A stretch of DNA of 63,826 bases, counting the filler, from Reclinomonas americana ATCC 50394 (Eukaryota): the NCBI GenBank assembly GCA_048213135.1. It is 20 parts of 20 records of this genome, joined end to end, with 100 filler letters (N's around TTAATTAATTAA, not from the genome) between each part and the next. Parts side by side here need not be neighbours in the genome. Positions count along the whole stretch, not along the records: positions 20,773 to 23,138 come from AFZH01021447.1; positions 23,239 to 29,962 come from AFZH01021448.1; positions 30,063 to 34,010 come from AFZH01021449.1; positions 34,111 to 36,316 come from AFZH01021450.1; 16 more parts are not named here. One strand, written 5' to 3'. Position numbers and translations under genes: made by a program. Positions 21,954 through 34,676 of the stretch are shown piece by piece; the first letter of the stretch is position 1; the number at the start of each line of letters is the position of its first letter. The notes below the pieces were generated by a model. That model was given only the letters and a program-made list of their open reading frames with translations. It did not search any database and was not told the DNA's origin.

Positions 21954-24900
21954 TCACTGACGCGGTTTGGAGACCGGCAGCAGTATAGCAGCCGATTGCG
22001 CAGCGGAGGAGGCCATTGTGGAGATGCGATTGTCTGCTGCAGCTGTGTCCACCACCACCACCGCCGCGTCGTCGTTTTCGCCGGCTTCGTCCGAGGCAGT
22101 TGCCGGTCTCTTGGCGACGACCTTCTTGCGCAGAATCTTCTTCTTCACCAGCTGCGGACACATGAATGCAGTGTGAGAACGCAATCATGGAACAGAGCAG
22201 CAATAGCAGAAGTCTGCGAACCTTCTTCCTGGGACCGCCAGTGGAACTCGACGCAGCGCCTCCGGCAGCATCGTCGGCTGTCGCCGGCGCGTCGTACACT
22301 TCAGTGATGGTGTGTGTCGTCGTCGTCGTCGTCTCCGTGGTCTCGCCGTTAACAAAGGTCGAGTGGAGCGTCGTCTCTTCGTTGAGTACCACGGGCGGCG
22401 TGTCGAGGCCAGTGAGCGAACCGTCGGAGAGGAGGTGCGAGGCTGTGGAAGACACTGGAGACGAAGTGGAGTGCGGATCGTTGGACAAGGTCGGTACGCC
22501 GAGTCGAGCGTTGTAGTCGAAGGCGTCAGAGAATTGCATGCCGGTGCCACGAAGTGAACTGCCGCGGAGTGGGGTGCCCATCACTGGTTTGCCAAGGGAT
22601 GGCGAAGAAGGAGAGAGATGTAAAATGTTAGCCATTTGTGAAAGTCGCTGTGAAATGGAGCTTTCATTCTCTCTCTTTGACTCTCTTCCTCTCTTTTGAC
22701 TCATCTCGTGTCTTCTCCTACGCACACTCGCCCTCGCTCTCTATCTATCTCTTTTTGTCTTGGCTCCTCTCTACCTTTCTCTCCCTCTCCCTCTCTATCT
22801 CTCCCTTTCTCTCTCTCTATCTCTCTCGCATGACACAATCTCTTGTCACTGCCACACTGACGCACTGTCCTGCATTCACGAAATCTTCGTCTTCCCTCGC
22901 TCCTGTGCTCCGTCAACGTCTTCCCTTTCCCCCTCTCCCACCTCCCATCACCGTCTCTGGTCACCCGTCTTCTATCATTCCCTGTTCTCCTTCCAGTACA
23001 ATCTTCCACTTCCCTCTCCCTCTCCCTCTCCCATCTCCCGTCCTCTCTCCATTCTGGTTCACATCTTCTCTTCCCTCTCTCCTCTCTTCTCCCTCTCTCC
23101 GCTTCCTGTCCTCTCCCTCTCCCTCTCCCTCTCCCTCTNNNNNNNNNNNNNNNNNNNNNNNNNNNNNNNNNNNNNNNNNNNNTTAATTAATTAANNNNNN
23201 NNNNNNNNNNNNNNNNNNNNNNNNNNNNNNNNNNNNNNGCATGAGTCACAGACAATAGGGCGATGTGCTCACCTTGGCTCGCATGTTGCGCAGTGCACGA
23301 GCGCGCTGATCCTCCAACGAGGAGGATGCCGACGCCGCCGATTCCTCCACATTGACGGGCAGAGTCGGGCGCGCCACTGATAGTGGCAATGGATCGGGCG
23401 TCTCCAAATCTGCAGTCGGCGTGAACGGCGTCGACGCGGTGGAACTCACTGACAGATTCCCCGGGCTCCATCCATCGACCGGAGCAGCCACATGGGCGGC
23501 ATTCGCATGCGGCAAATCCTCTCCACGCGTGCTCTCCGAGACGGGCTCGACTATTGCCGTCGTCACTGTCGTCGTCGTCAGCGTGGTCGTGGTGGTAGTC
23601 GTCGTCGTGCTGCTACTGCTGCTGCTGCTGTTGGTCGCGGTGTCTGTGGATCGCGACGACACTGTTTGCACGGGGGCAGCGGATTCGACCGGCCGCACCA
23701 CTGCCCGCGGCTCGTGATGCGTGTCGTCGTCTGGTGTGGCAAATGAACGACTTTGTACAAGAGGCATCACCGTGGCGGCTGTTGCTGCTGATGGTGGAGA
23801 GGCGGCATGTCGACGGACGCTGCCCACTAATGGCGGCGGCTCGACGTGGTCGTGGGTGTTGTTGTGGTGATGACCGTTGGTCGTGTCACTCAGTGCAGTG
23901 GCAAGAGGCGACGATGCAGTCGACCAGGACATGGGCGACGCAGCACCACCCGTGTGGCTGCCGTCCTCACTTGTGGCTGTGGATTCGTCGCCAGCTGAGA
24001 GAGACAAAGGTGTGAGCGGGTGAACAATATCGACCACATCATCAAGGTCGCCAAGCAAGACTCACCAGAGGGTCGTCGCCGGGCCAACTGCTCCAGCTGT
24101 GCACCCGCAGCAGCGTGCGATGCGCGGATTTGCGTGGACCTCGGCGCGCCGCGCAGTACCACACCTCCGTACGGCGCCTCGTCCGTGTCATCGTCGACCA
24201 TTGGCCGTGCTTGCGCGCCTGGCGGCATCCGCACACGGCCCTCGGCAGCATAACCGCCAGCCAGCAGCATCGTACCGATGCGCTTCACCTCGGGATCCAC
24301 ATCGCGCGTCACCAGACGCCGCACAGCCTCTAGAACACCACTGTCCGCCACATCCATTCCGTAATACTCCTTGACTGCGAAACACACGATAAGAAAGAGA
24401 GAGGGAACGGGGACAAGGAGCATGAGACAGACGCAACTGTCTGGTTGCAGCACCGACATGAGCACCATCAGCACCGAGGTCATTGGTTGCATGGTGTCGG
24501 GCGCATTGTCCCACTCGTCGACGAACGAGCGTGAAATGTCGAGACCGTGAGACAAGACAAATTCCTCGCGGTGCGACACGTGCTCTGCGCACGCACACAC
24601 AATCAGCGCCAGAAAAACGAAAAGCAGCAAAAGAGAGGAAAGAAAAAAGTGGCAAAAGCATACAAGCACTGGGGCTTCCCAAGTGGTCCCCCACCCTAGT
24701 ACTGACCCAGCTGAACGCGGCTTAACTTCACAGATCGGACGGGATGTGGTGTTTTCCGCGTCATGTGGCCGTATGCGACCACTTAAGGGAAAGAGTGCAC
24801 GGGGGGATTGCAGGGAGAGGGCAACAGAAGAGAAATGGACGGAAAGAAGGCCAAGAGGGATGAATGCTGCTCACCCTGATGGAATGTGGAAGAGGTAAAT

Positions 24901-27134
24901 AGACACGAGATGGTCACAGCAAGCGAACAAAGACAACGCTATGACAGTACACGAGAGAGAGTGAGAGAGAGATAGAGAGAGAGCAAGGGAAGGAGAAGAG
25001 AGACAGACAGACAGAAGAGGAAGAGGGAGAGAAGGGAGAGAGAACAGCACCCCATTCTTCCGAAATTTTCCTCGATGCTGCAAGATTCCCTCACCTTCTG
25101 CCAACGCCCCGATCGCCTCCAGCAAGTCTGTCAACTCTGACGGCCACTCACTGGAGCCCCCCGGATGACTCCGCATGAGCTCATCCCATCGCCTGATAAA
25201 GTACGTCACTGTGCAGAAGCCCTCCAGAAACTCGACACTCTCGCCGTTTCCTGCGCATCGTGTCAGCTCCTCTGCACCCTTGCCTTTCCGCTCGACAAAC
25301 GACGCAACGAAGGACGGCTTCGGTGAGTGCGCGGACGGCTGCCTCGGCCACCGGTCGGTGCTCCTCATTCACCGGGCGCACAAGACGCAGCAATTCCTCA
25401 AGACCACGGCGATTGCGCAAACGGTCTTGATTTGGTGTGTGATCTAATAACAGCAAGAGAGAGGGAGGGAGGGAGGCACGTGAGCTGCGAAATGAATGCA
25501 TCCAGTGAAACGCAGCAACGCACCTTGTACGGCGGCGCGGATCAAATGCAGTGCCACCAGCGTGTCCCACTTGGGTTTCTGGCGCGGCTTTGTGCGACTC
25601 AACATCTCCGAGGTCACGTTGCCGCCGGTCGAGGGACTCGCGGCCACACGTGGTGATGTACTGTTGCATGGCAAGAGGTGTAAGACGGAAGCGCGGACGT
25701 GGGAGAGCACCGAGTTGAGAGTGAAACGCAACGTCGTTGCCGCATGCGCACGTGTCCTCGCACCACCACGACGCGTGAGCGGAAAGGCGGATGCATCGGC
25801 GGAGCGCGACACCGGCAGCGTGTACTTTAGGAACAGCTTCGAAATGGCCCACCGCAGGCCACCCGACGTGCAGAAAATGTCTTGATTCACCGAGCACGCT
25901 GCACACACAAGCAAGTGAGCAATTCCCCTCCCTCCATCACCGCACGAGATTCATGCCCGTCGCCACCGCACCATCCATGGAGTAGTTCAAGCAATTGGCA
26001 CACAATAACCGAATGAGCTTGGTGACATGCGCCTGTGGCCGGCACAAAAAGTCCACCAGCTGCTCCGTGATCTGACTCGACGCCACCGCATGCCTCGCCG
26101 CGGGACCTGCACACACACACAAGCGCGCTAAGAACACCACCGCCACCACATCGTCGTCATTGCCACAGAAACGCAACACGTCAACAACAAGTGACTAAGC
26201 AGCATCAGCGCCTCGCCCAGCGGCTGCGGCTCACGCACACGCTCCAGCACCGTATGCAACAAGCCGTATCCATCGGTCAACGCCAGCAGATCGTCGCACA
26301 CGCACTGATCGCCACGACGGTTGCGTTGCGCGTGTTCGTACGAGTCTGGGCCCGGGGGAAGGGGTGTTTTAGCAAATCAAATGATCCGATGATGATGATG
26401 AATTGGTGGTGAAGGGGGGGAGTGGGGAGGGGGAAGGGGAGAGAGGGAGAGTGGGGAGGGGGAAGGGGAGAGAGGGAGAGTGCGGAGAGAGAGAGGGAGG
26501 GGGGGGAGAGTGCGGAGAGTGAGTGCGGAGTGTACATGTGAGTGCGTGTGCATGCGGAGTGCTTCGTGAGGGAGCTGAGTGCGTGAGAGAGTGAGAGAGA
26601 GAGAGAGTGAGAGAGAGCGGAATGCGCAAGAGAGTGTGCAAGAGAGTGTGAGAGAGAGAGAGAGAGAGCGGAGTGTGCAAGAAAGAGTGACAGCGTGTGA
26701 CAGCTTCACAAAGAGCGTGAGAGTGTGTATGTGTAAGACCGAGTGTGTACGTGAATACATGCAGATGTCATGATGAGTCGCGAGAGCACGCGCAAACTTG
26801 TGCGTGTGCGCGTGACATCTCTCTCTCGTCGGCCATGTCACACTCACCATACACGACACGCAGCTGCGCGAGCTGCCGCGTCATCTCCACGCTAGTCTCC
26901 GGCTTGTGCACGCGCTTTTCCTTGACCAGACGCCGCAACTGCAATCCACCACTCAGCAGAGCAAGAGGCAGAGAGTGATGAGAGCAGGAAGAGAGAGGTA
27001 ACTGTGTTCTTGATGGCTAGCATCTGCGTGACTGCGTCGAGCTCCTCGGGTGAGTACGCGTGCTGTGTCTGCAGGTTGTGCAGGGTCTGCTCCGCGTGCT
27101 CACGCGACTGCTTGGCGCCCGCTGATTGCCCCAT
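21954..27134 (-). CDS. Large multi-exon protein with ARM/HEAT-like helical repeats and a Ser/Thr-rich low-complexity C-terminus
   Basis: MGQSAG start; ARM-like segments NQDIFCTSGGLRWAI and NQDRLRNRRGLEELLRLV; more than 10 in-frame GT-AG junctions. Continuity across the gap at 23139 is assumed. Confidence 0.6.
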
Positions 27135-27194
27135 TGCGGAAGAACGAAGTGCGTGACAGGACACAGACGGACGGAGAGCAATCACAAATAAAAC

Positions 27195-27301
27195 ATGTTT
27201 CGCAAGTGCGTTGAGTGTGTGTCTGTGTGAGAGTGAGAGAGTGTGTGTGCAGAGAGAGAGATTGAGTGGTTGTGTGTGCGAGAGAGAGTGTGCGTGTGTG
27301 C

Positions 27302-27338
<37 letters not shown>

Positions 27339-27495
27339 GTGAGTATGTGACAAAGAGTGTGTGTGTATGTATGTGAGAGAGAGTGTGTGTGTGTGTGCGT
27401 GCGTGCAAGAGGCGTGGAAGTGAGAGAGAGAGTGTGTGTGTGAGAGAGAGAGAGAGATTGAGTGGCTCTGTGTGTGTGTGTGCAAGAGGCGTGGA

Positions 27496-27557
<62 letters not shown>

Positions 27558-29449
27558 AGTGGCTCTGTATGTGCAAGTGTGTCTCTCATTGTTTTGTGTG
27601 TTTGTTTGTTATAGGTTGAGTGAGGAGACTCTTGGCAACGCGAGTCTTGCCAAGGGCTCTGCGCAGAAAGCTGTGCGACGACGCTTGGTGGAGATGTATC
27701 CGCTGCTGGAGGAGTACGTGGAGGAGCTGATTCCGAAAAAGGCGCAGTTGACGATTGCCAAGTGGTGTGTGTGTGTGGGAAGGGGGGTGAGAGAGTTGAT
27801 GTTGAATGCAGGACGTCTTCTCTTGCTCTGTTGATTCCTCTATGCGCCAGCAAGCTCAGTGGGTCTCTCTTCTCTCCCTTGTGTTTCATTTCCACTTCTC
27901 GTCGCACAACCCCTCCTCTGCAATGTCTTTCCTTGTGTGTTTTACTTCTCTACTGAGTCTCTTCTGGCATCGATACCATTGCGCTCCATTCACGTCTTTC
28001 TTTCTCTCATTCTTTCACATCCACCGCGACCCACCAACCCTCTCTCATCATGTCATTCTTGCTGAGTGCGGCGTTCGTTTTTTTCTGTCGAGTACTCTTC
28101 CTGCCTTGTCTCTCCTCGCATCGATACCATTGCGCTCCATTCACGTCTTTCTTTCTCTCATTCCTTCATCCAGCTTTTCTCACCAACTCTCCTTCTCCGT
28201 GTCTTTCCTTTGTAGTGGTCGCCTTGCGTCTCGTTTGTCTTGCTTCCTGTCTTACCTCTCCTTGCATCGATATCTTCGCGTGTCTTTCAGGGTCGTTTCG
28301 TTTCCTCATCTCTCGAGCTCGTTTGTTCTTGTGTGGAGCGCATTGCATCTCGTCTCTTCCTGCCTTCCCTGCCCCCATTGCGCTTCATCCAGGGCCATTT
28401 CATTTCATCTTCTGTCCGTCTTGTCTCTTTCCTTCGCATTGCATCTCGTCTGTCCCTTGCTGCCTTCTCTGTCCATGTGCCTCTCCCGTTGCGCTTCATC
28501 CAGGGTCATTTCATTTCCTCTCTCAATTCAGCTTTTCTCACCAACCCTCCCTCTCGATGTCCCTGTGTGTGTTCTGTCTCTTGCTATTCCTGCCTTCTCC
28601 TTCTTCGCATTGATACCACTGCGCCTCATTCTGGGTCATCCCTCCAGCCCATCTCCTTTCTTGTTTGAAGTTTGTCTTGCATCTCTTCTGTCCCTTGATT
28701 CTCTTTTCCCTGCTCTCTTTCTCTCTCTGTCTCTGTCTCTCTCTCTCTCTCTCTCCATCTCTATCTCTCTCTCCCATCTCTCTAACCTTCCTTCCTCCCT
28801 TCCTCTTCCTCCCTCCCTTCCTCCCTTCCTTCTTCCTCCCTTCCTCCCTTCCTCCCTCCCTCCCTTCCTCCCTTCCTCCCTTCCTCCCTTCCTCCCTTCC
28901 TCCCTTCCCCTCACCCTCCCTCACCCTCCCTCACCCTTGACAGTTTCCAACACTGGTCCCTTGTGGTCATCGACGGCGTTCCCATGTTCTTCCAGAACCG
29001 CGACGGCGATGTGTTCCCCACACTTCGCGTGCTCCACAAGTGTTGCGTTTCTCATCCCTCCCACTTCTCCTTTTCTCTCCCTCACTCACCACTCCACCGA
29101 CAGACCCCTTCATGATGCCGCACATGCAAGCGGATCGCGGTGCGGTGAGGCACATTCTGAACGGCGCACCGCTGCTGTGCCCGGGTCTGACCTCCAAGGG
29201 CGGCGCCATGGACGACGTGCCGGCCGGCGTGCCCGTGGCCATCATGATCGAGGGCAAGCGCCACGCGCTGGCTGTCGGCCTCACCGTGCTGTCCACCGAG
29301 GACATGTTGCGTTTTGTTTTGTTTTTTATTCATCCTTCCATGTTGCCACTCACCTCGCGCCGTGTCGCAGTCGGAAAGTGAACCGCGACACAGCCGTCGA
29401 GGTGTACCACACGCTCAACGACGGCCTGTGGAACATGAAGAAGTTGTGA
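27195..29449 (+). CDS. MCTS1: MCT-1/Tma20 PUA-domain translation reinitiation factor
   Basis: MFRK|LSEE...KGSAQKAVRRRLVEMYP...FFQNRDGDVFPTLRVLHKYPF...ADRGAVRHILNGAPLLCPGLTSKG...EGKRHALAVG...HTLNDGLW; four introns. Confidence 0.93.
27960..28630. repeat. Intronic degenerate repeats in MCT-1 intron 2
   Basis: GCATCGATACCATTGCGCTCCATTCACGTCTTTCTTTCTCTCATT occurs twice (near 27967 and 28118); TTGCGCTTCATCCAGGG(C/T)CATTTCATTT occurs twice. Confidence 0.6.
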
Positions 29450-29649
29450 GAGTACGAAGACGACAACGAATGGCAATCAGTATAGAATGTTGGGAAAACG
29501 CATGCGAGGCACAAGGGGCGATCGCCGATATGTGTGTGTGAGCATGATCGCCGATATTATCGAACACACAATGCGTTCTCCGATCGGTCGGTGCTCGCTC
29601 TCTCCCACTCCGCAGTCTTTGCACCAGAGAAAGAGCAACGCACATTCAC

Positions 29650-29962
29650 ATGGGTTGCTGCAGTGGACTTCCGTACGACGAATCCGTCGACCTCTCTGGC
29701 AAGACTGTGATTGTCACTGGTGTGTCATGGATGCATACGTGCATGATGATCGCTGCATTCTCACTGTCCAACACAGGTGCCAACACGGGCATTGGCCTGG
29801 AGACAGCACGCGACCTGGCCAGGATGAAGGCACAGCATGTGGTACGCATGTTGACTGAAGACACACAACACCTATCAATCTCATTTTGTGTGTCAGATTT
29901 TGGCCTGTCGCAGTGAAGAGCGCACGGCGCCTGTTGTCGCTCAACTCCGTGAAGGTACGTGC
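29650..29962 (+). CDS. Retinol-dehydrogenase-like SDR, 3'-truncated by a gap
   Basis: DLSGKTVIVTG|ANTGIGLETARDLA...V|ILACRSEER; the MGCC start suggests N-terminal acylation. Confidence 0.85.
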
Positions 29963-30097
29963 NNNNNNNNNNNNNNNNNNNNNNNNNNNNNNNNNNNNNN
30001 NNNNNNTTAATTAATTAANNNNNNNNNNNNNNNNNNNNNNNNNNNNNNNNNNNNNNNNNNNNCTAGATCACGGCGCCCCCAACCCCTCCGACACGCC

Positions 30098-31134
30098 ATG
30101 ACACTGCGCGTCTTTGATCCCTCCGATGCCCAAGGCTTCCTCGACACCTGTGCTGCCTTTTTCGAGGCCAAAGGCGCCATGTGCGACATGATCTATGGCC
30201 TCGGTGCGTGTTGCATCCTCGCGTGTTCGGAACACATGACACTCATCCCGTCCGCTCAGTGCGACAACTCTGCGACCAGCAGGCCGCCGAAGCCAGCGGA
30301 ATGCCTGCGCCTGTGGTGCTCCACCGCGGCCCGCCATTCCTCTCCTGCGCTGTGGACGAGTCGAGCGGCGAAGTGGTTGCATGCGCCGTGCGCACGCCGC
30401 CCTTCCGTCTCCTTGTCTCGTGCGACTGGGAGCTGCATGAGGAGGTGTTGGAGGCGCTGGCCGCACACTGCGCTGCGCACATGCCCGACCTCGACAGCAT
30501 TCACGGAACCGTGGAGAGTGCGCATGCTTTCAAGAGCGCATTCATCAGCCAGGTGTCGCGCAAACACGGCAAGCAGACTTTCTGGCGCACGCAGCAAACC
30601 GACCTGCTGCTGTACTGCGTCGATCAGGCGTCGTTGGTGGCGCCGGTGCCGAGGGGCGATGACACGTATCGCTTGCGGCAAGTGGAGATTGGTCGCGACG
30701 AGGCGGTCACCGAGGAGTGGATTGCGGGTTTCACCTCGGAACTGAGTCTGCACGATCCGGTGACGCCCAAGGAGCGCGCGGCAGTGGCGCTGCGTGGTGA
30801 ACGACCGACCTTTGTGCGCGAACGCCTCTTGCAGCCGGCCGAGGACGACGTGTGGGAGCCGTGTTGCATGGTGTCGGTGGGTGCGTTGGTGCCGGGCGGC
30901 AAGAGCGCGCGCATCACCATGGTGTACACACCGCCGGAGAAGCGACGACAGGGACACGCTGCTGCCACCGTGTACGAAGTGGTGCGGCGTGAGTTCGAGC
31001 TGTACGCCCCGGCGCGTCGCTACATCACTCTGTTCGCCGACGCCGACTACGAGGCCTCCAACGCCGTGTACCAGTCGATTGGCTTCAAGCAGCTGGCCGA
31101 GTTTGTCGATTTCACAATGCACAACCTTGGTTGA
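30098..31134 (+). CDS. GNAT-family acetyltransferase (bacterial-type predicted acetyltransferase), one intron
   Basis: ARITMVYTPPEKRRQGHAAATV and LFADADYEASNAVYQSIGF; a G|GTGCGT...CAG intron joins the two ORFs. Confidence 0.85.
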
Positions 31135-31270
31135 CGCTGACGGCGACAAGTAAACAGCGGTGTAGGGATGTGCATTATTCTTCGTCTTTCTGTCCGCGTG
31201 CTGGCACAAGTCGCCAGAGTTCACAGCACACTCCTCCTCTCTCGATACACAATTTGTGACTTGTCTTCGT

Positions 31271-32486
31271 TCAGAGTCGCTTCAGACTGCACGAGGAGCA
31301 TGGGGAAAAGAGCGTGTTAGTCGCGGAAGGTTCGTGCAGAGAGGCACATGGCCATCGCCACACACCTCTTCTTTGCATTCTGCTTCTTCTTGTCCACTGT
31401 TTGCTTGTTCTTCTTTGGTGACATGACTGTTGGCGAGAGAGGTTAGTCAACAAAGGAACCACACCTTGGCGGAATCTGCGGGACGCAACTCGACGACCCG
31501 GGCACCGAGTCAGCCGCTGGATCGGCACCATCATCGTCCAACGCACCCGCCGCCGCCCCCGACGCACTCGCACCCTTCTCCCCAGCACCCCCGTAGATAC
31601 TGGTGTACATGCGTGCCCGTGAGGCGTACTCCTCGTAATCCTCCAGCAGCAACTTGCCAGCCTCCTCGTTCAACGCACTCTGCGCCAACGAACATGAGAA
31701 GCAGACGCCAAAGCACAGAAGCCGCATGGACATCACACACCTCCGGATTCGGCGCAATCAGCAAACAGCGAATGACCATCAGCACATGCTCGAGACCCAT
31801 AGTGGCCCTCCAGTCCTGCAGTCGCTTTCATGAGCCACGCTCTCTCTTGTCCATTGTGCTCACGCAGACAGAGAAACGCACCTTCTTCAGCGTGTTGACA
31901 CAGATCTCGCCATTGCGTCCGACATTAGGATGGAAGATCTTGGTCACCACGTAGCCTGTCATGATTGTGAGAGACAGAGGAGTAGCAGCAGTTATGAGAA
32001 AGCACAACGCACCTTTTGGTGGCGACTGCGGGAAGTCAGAGCTCAGCACAAGCCTGATCCGGAACGCACCTCCCACATACGGAGTGCCCTCTGTACGAGT
32101 AATGGCACGCGTCAGACATCAATGATCACACACACAGACAACACCCCTTCCCCCCTCCGTCTCTCTCTCTCTCTCTCCTCCCACACGCAGGAGCAGCGCT
32201 CACCAGGTCCCTCAATCTCGGCCTCGATCTCTGTGAAATCCTCCTCGTTGACAAAGACCTTGACGCCCTCTGGTGGCGACGTGGCCAGCGCGAGCAGCTC
32301 GCGGGCCACTGCACGCAGCACGTTGGGCGCAATGTTCTCGTGGGAGGACGAGGCGGAGCCGGCGGCTGCCGAGGAGGAGGTGACACTGGTGGTTGTTGTG
32401 GAGGTGGTCGATGCCTGTGCAACAGTGAAGCAGTGAGGAAGGGAGGGGTGAGGGAGTGAAGATCAAGTGAAGGACGCACGCACCAT
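31271..32486 (-). CDS. UBE2S: Ubiquitin-conjugating enzyme E2 S
   Basis: [15 protein letters not shown]...PPEG...GTPY.GG.F...FPQSPPKG...[23 protein letters not shown]...[19 protein letters not shown] and the characteristic KKSLKRL* C-terminus. Confidence 0.95.
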
Positions 32487-33105
32487 GCTTGTTGAGTGGT
32501 TGTGAGAGGTTGTCTGCGCGTGCGTGCTAACTTGGGCGTATCGGATCAAAATAACGGTCGGAATTTGTCGGACGACGCGACGCCAACCTTTCACTCGGGC
32601 ACAAAACAAGCAACAGCTGTCTCGATGACCAAGTCAAAGCGTATCCAAGAATCAACACAAACACCAGTCTTCAGAGCAGCGGCAGCAGGTTTCTTGTGTG
32701 TGTTCGCTCTCGCAATCGGAGCTTCGAACAAGTCGAGAACTGCAATCTTCGCCGCATAAGAGTGGTTAAACAGTGACGCACTTGCATCGTATGATTACCG
32801 TCTTGCATGCCTACCCGAGACGAATTCAGAGACGCTTTGCGCGAAGTGAGAAAGCCGTTTCTAGCAGTTCCGCCAAGTTTTTACTTCCTCTTGTTTCGTA
32901 ATAAAAGACTCTCACGCCTGTTTTTGTTGCTACCTTTTCTTCTCCTTTCTCTTTCTCAGTTGGTGGGACGGACACACACGCACACACATAATAAAAAAAA
33001 CAAACGAAAAAAAAAAGCACCCACCGCACAGACACGCCCCTTCGCAATCCAAAGGGCTGCTGGCGATCCAAATCACACACATCATCTTTCTAGAAGTTGC
33101 GTTGC

Positions 33106-33940
33106 TCACGTCCGTGTTGGTGACATGGCATCTCGCTCGTCGCGCAGCAGCGCCGGCTCGCTGTCGGCAGCGTTGGGCGAAAACGCCTCCGCACGTCGCT
33201 TCTCTGCCCGCTGCTTCTCCTGGAACTCCAACTCGGTGCGCACAATCTGCTCAATCGACGACTGCTGCGCCTTCCATCCGAGCACACGCTGGGCGCGGGA
33301 GGGGTCGCAAAACACCGCCTCCACGTCGCCTGGTCGCCGCGGCCCGCGCACCACATCCACGGGGCGGCCAGTGACCACCTCCGCCGCCTTGATGACCTCC
33401 TTCACTGTGAGACCCTCGCCGGTGCCGAGATTGAAGGGCAGCGATTCGCCACTCGGTCCGCTGCGCAGCATCCAATCCAGTCCGAGCACATGCGCATTCG
33501 CCACATCCATTGGGTGCAAATAGTCACGCACACACGACCCGTCGCGGGTGGCATAGTCCTCCCCAAACAGACTGAACGGTTTGTGCTCCAGTGCACAGCG
33601 CAGCACAATCGGCACCAAGTGCAACATGCAGTTGCGGTCTCCCAGCGAGTACTCCGGTGTCGCGCCGGCCACGTTGAAGAAGCGGAAGATGCAGTACTGG
33701 AAGCCGTGCACCTGGCGGTACTTGTCGAGGACTGTTTGTGATTGGGGAAGGGACGTGGTAAGCAATCTACTCCTTGTGACATGCAATCTCCCTCCCTCCG
33801 GCCTCGCACACACACAAACACTCTCCCTCCTCCCTCTGCAACACATAGTCCTCGTCTCCCAAGACAATGCACGATCCGGATCTTCTTTGCAAGAGAGAGT
33901 ACAGCAGAGTACGAGAGTGAATTGAGACTGAATTGAGACT

Positions 33941-34010
<70 letters not shown>

Positions 34011-34215
34011 NNNNNNNNNNNNNNNNNNNNNNNNNNNNNNNNNNNNNNNNNNNNTTAATTAATTAANNNNNNNNNNNNNNNNNNNNNNNNNNNNNNNNNN
34101 NNNNNNNNNNGTGACTGCCAATATATCCGGCGCCTCCAGTGACCAGCACGGTTGGTCGCGCGGCGGTCGGAAGCGAGTCTACACTCGAGGCACTTGAGCG
34201 GCGATCGTCAAACAT
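33106..34215 (-). CDS. galE: UDP-glucose 4-epimerase (middle in a gap)
   Basis: VLVTGGAGYIGSH; FRFFNVAGA; FGEDYATRDGSCVRDYLHPMDVANAH; FNLGTGEG; RRPGD. Confidence 0.9.
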
Positions 34216-34676
34216 GCTGGAAAAAGTGAGCAAGAGTGTGAGTGAGTGAGAGTCGGTGTGACGATCATGTGCGCGATCACACGCACTTTTTTTCCTCCTG
34301 GTGAAGAGTGGAGTTGGGTGGGGGGTAGGCGGGAGCGGGGGGATAACGAGGAGCTGGTGGGAGCTGGTGGGAGAGAGAGAGTGAAAGAAGGTGGCGACTT
34401 TCGCTCCACTTTGCTCCGATGATTGTGTGAATGTCAACCGACTGACTACGATTTTCGAACGAACGGCTTCTCGCCTCTCTCTCTCTTCAGCTCCACTGCC
34501 ACCGCCTCTCTCTCTCTCCTCTCCTCTGTGTGTTGCACCACTGCCTCCAGAGTGTGCGTGTCGAACTGTGTGTGTGTACGTGCAGGCACGCCCGGGCGAG
34601 GACAACGGTTCATGCAACTCTCGTTGTATTTTTCCGAGCCGTTTCTCGATGAGACAAATAAAAATTGCGAAGATCA

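Noticed and set aside
27806..28940. Long Leu/Ser/Phe-rich ORFs (e.g. the 547-aa ORF, and those at 4434-6279 and 51400-53200)
   Set aside because: They lie in pyrimidine-rich introns or microsatellites that lack stops by composition. Conserved exons splice across them.
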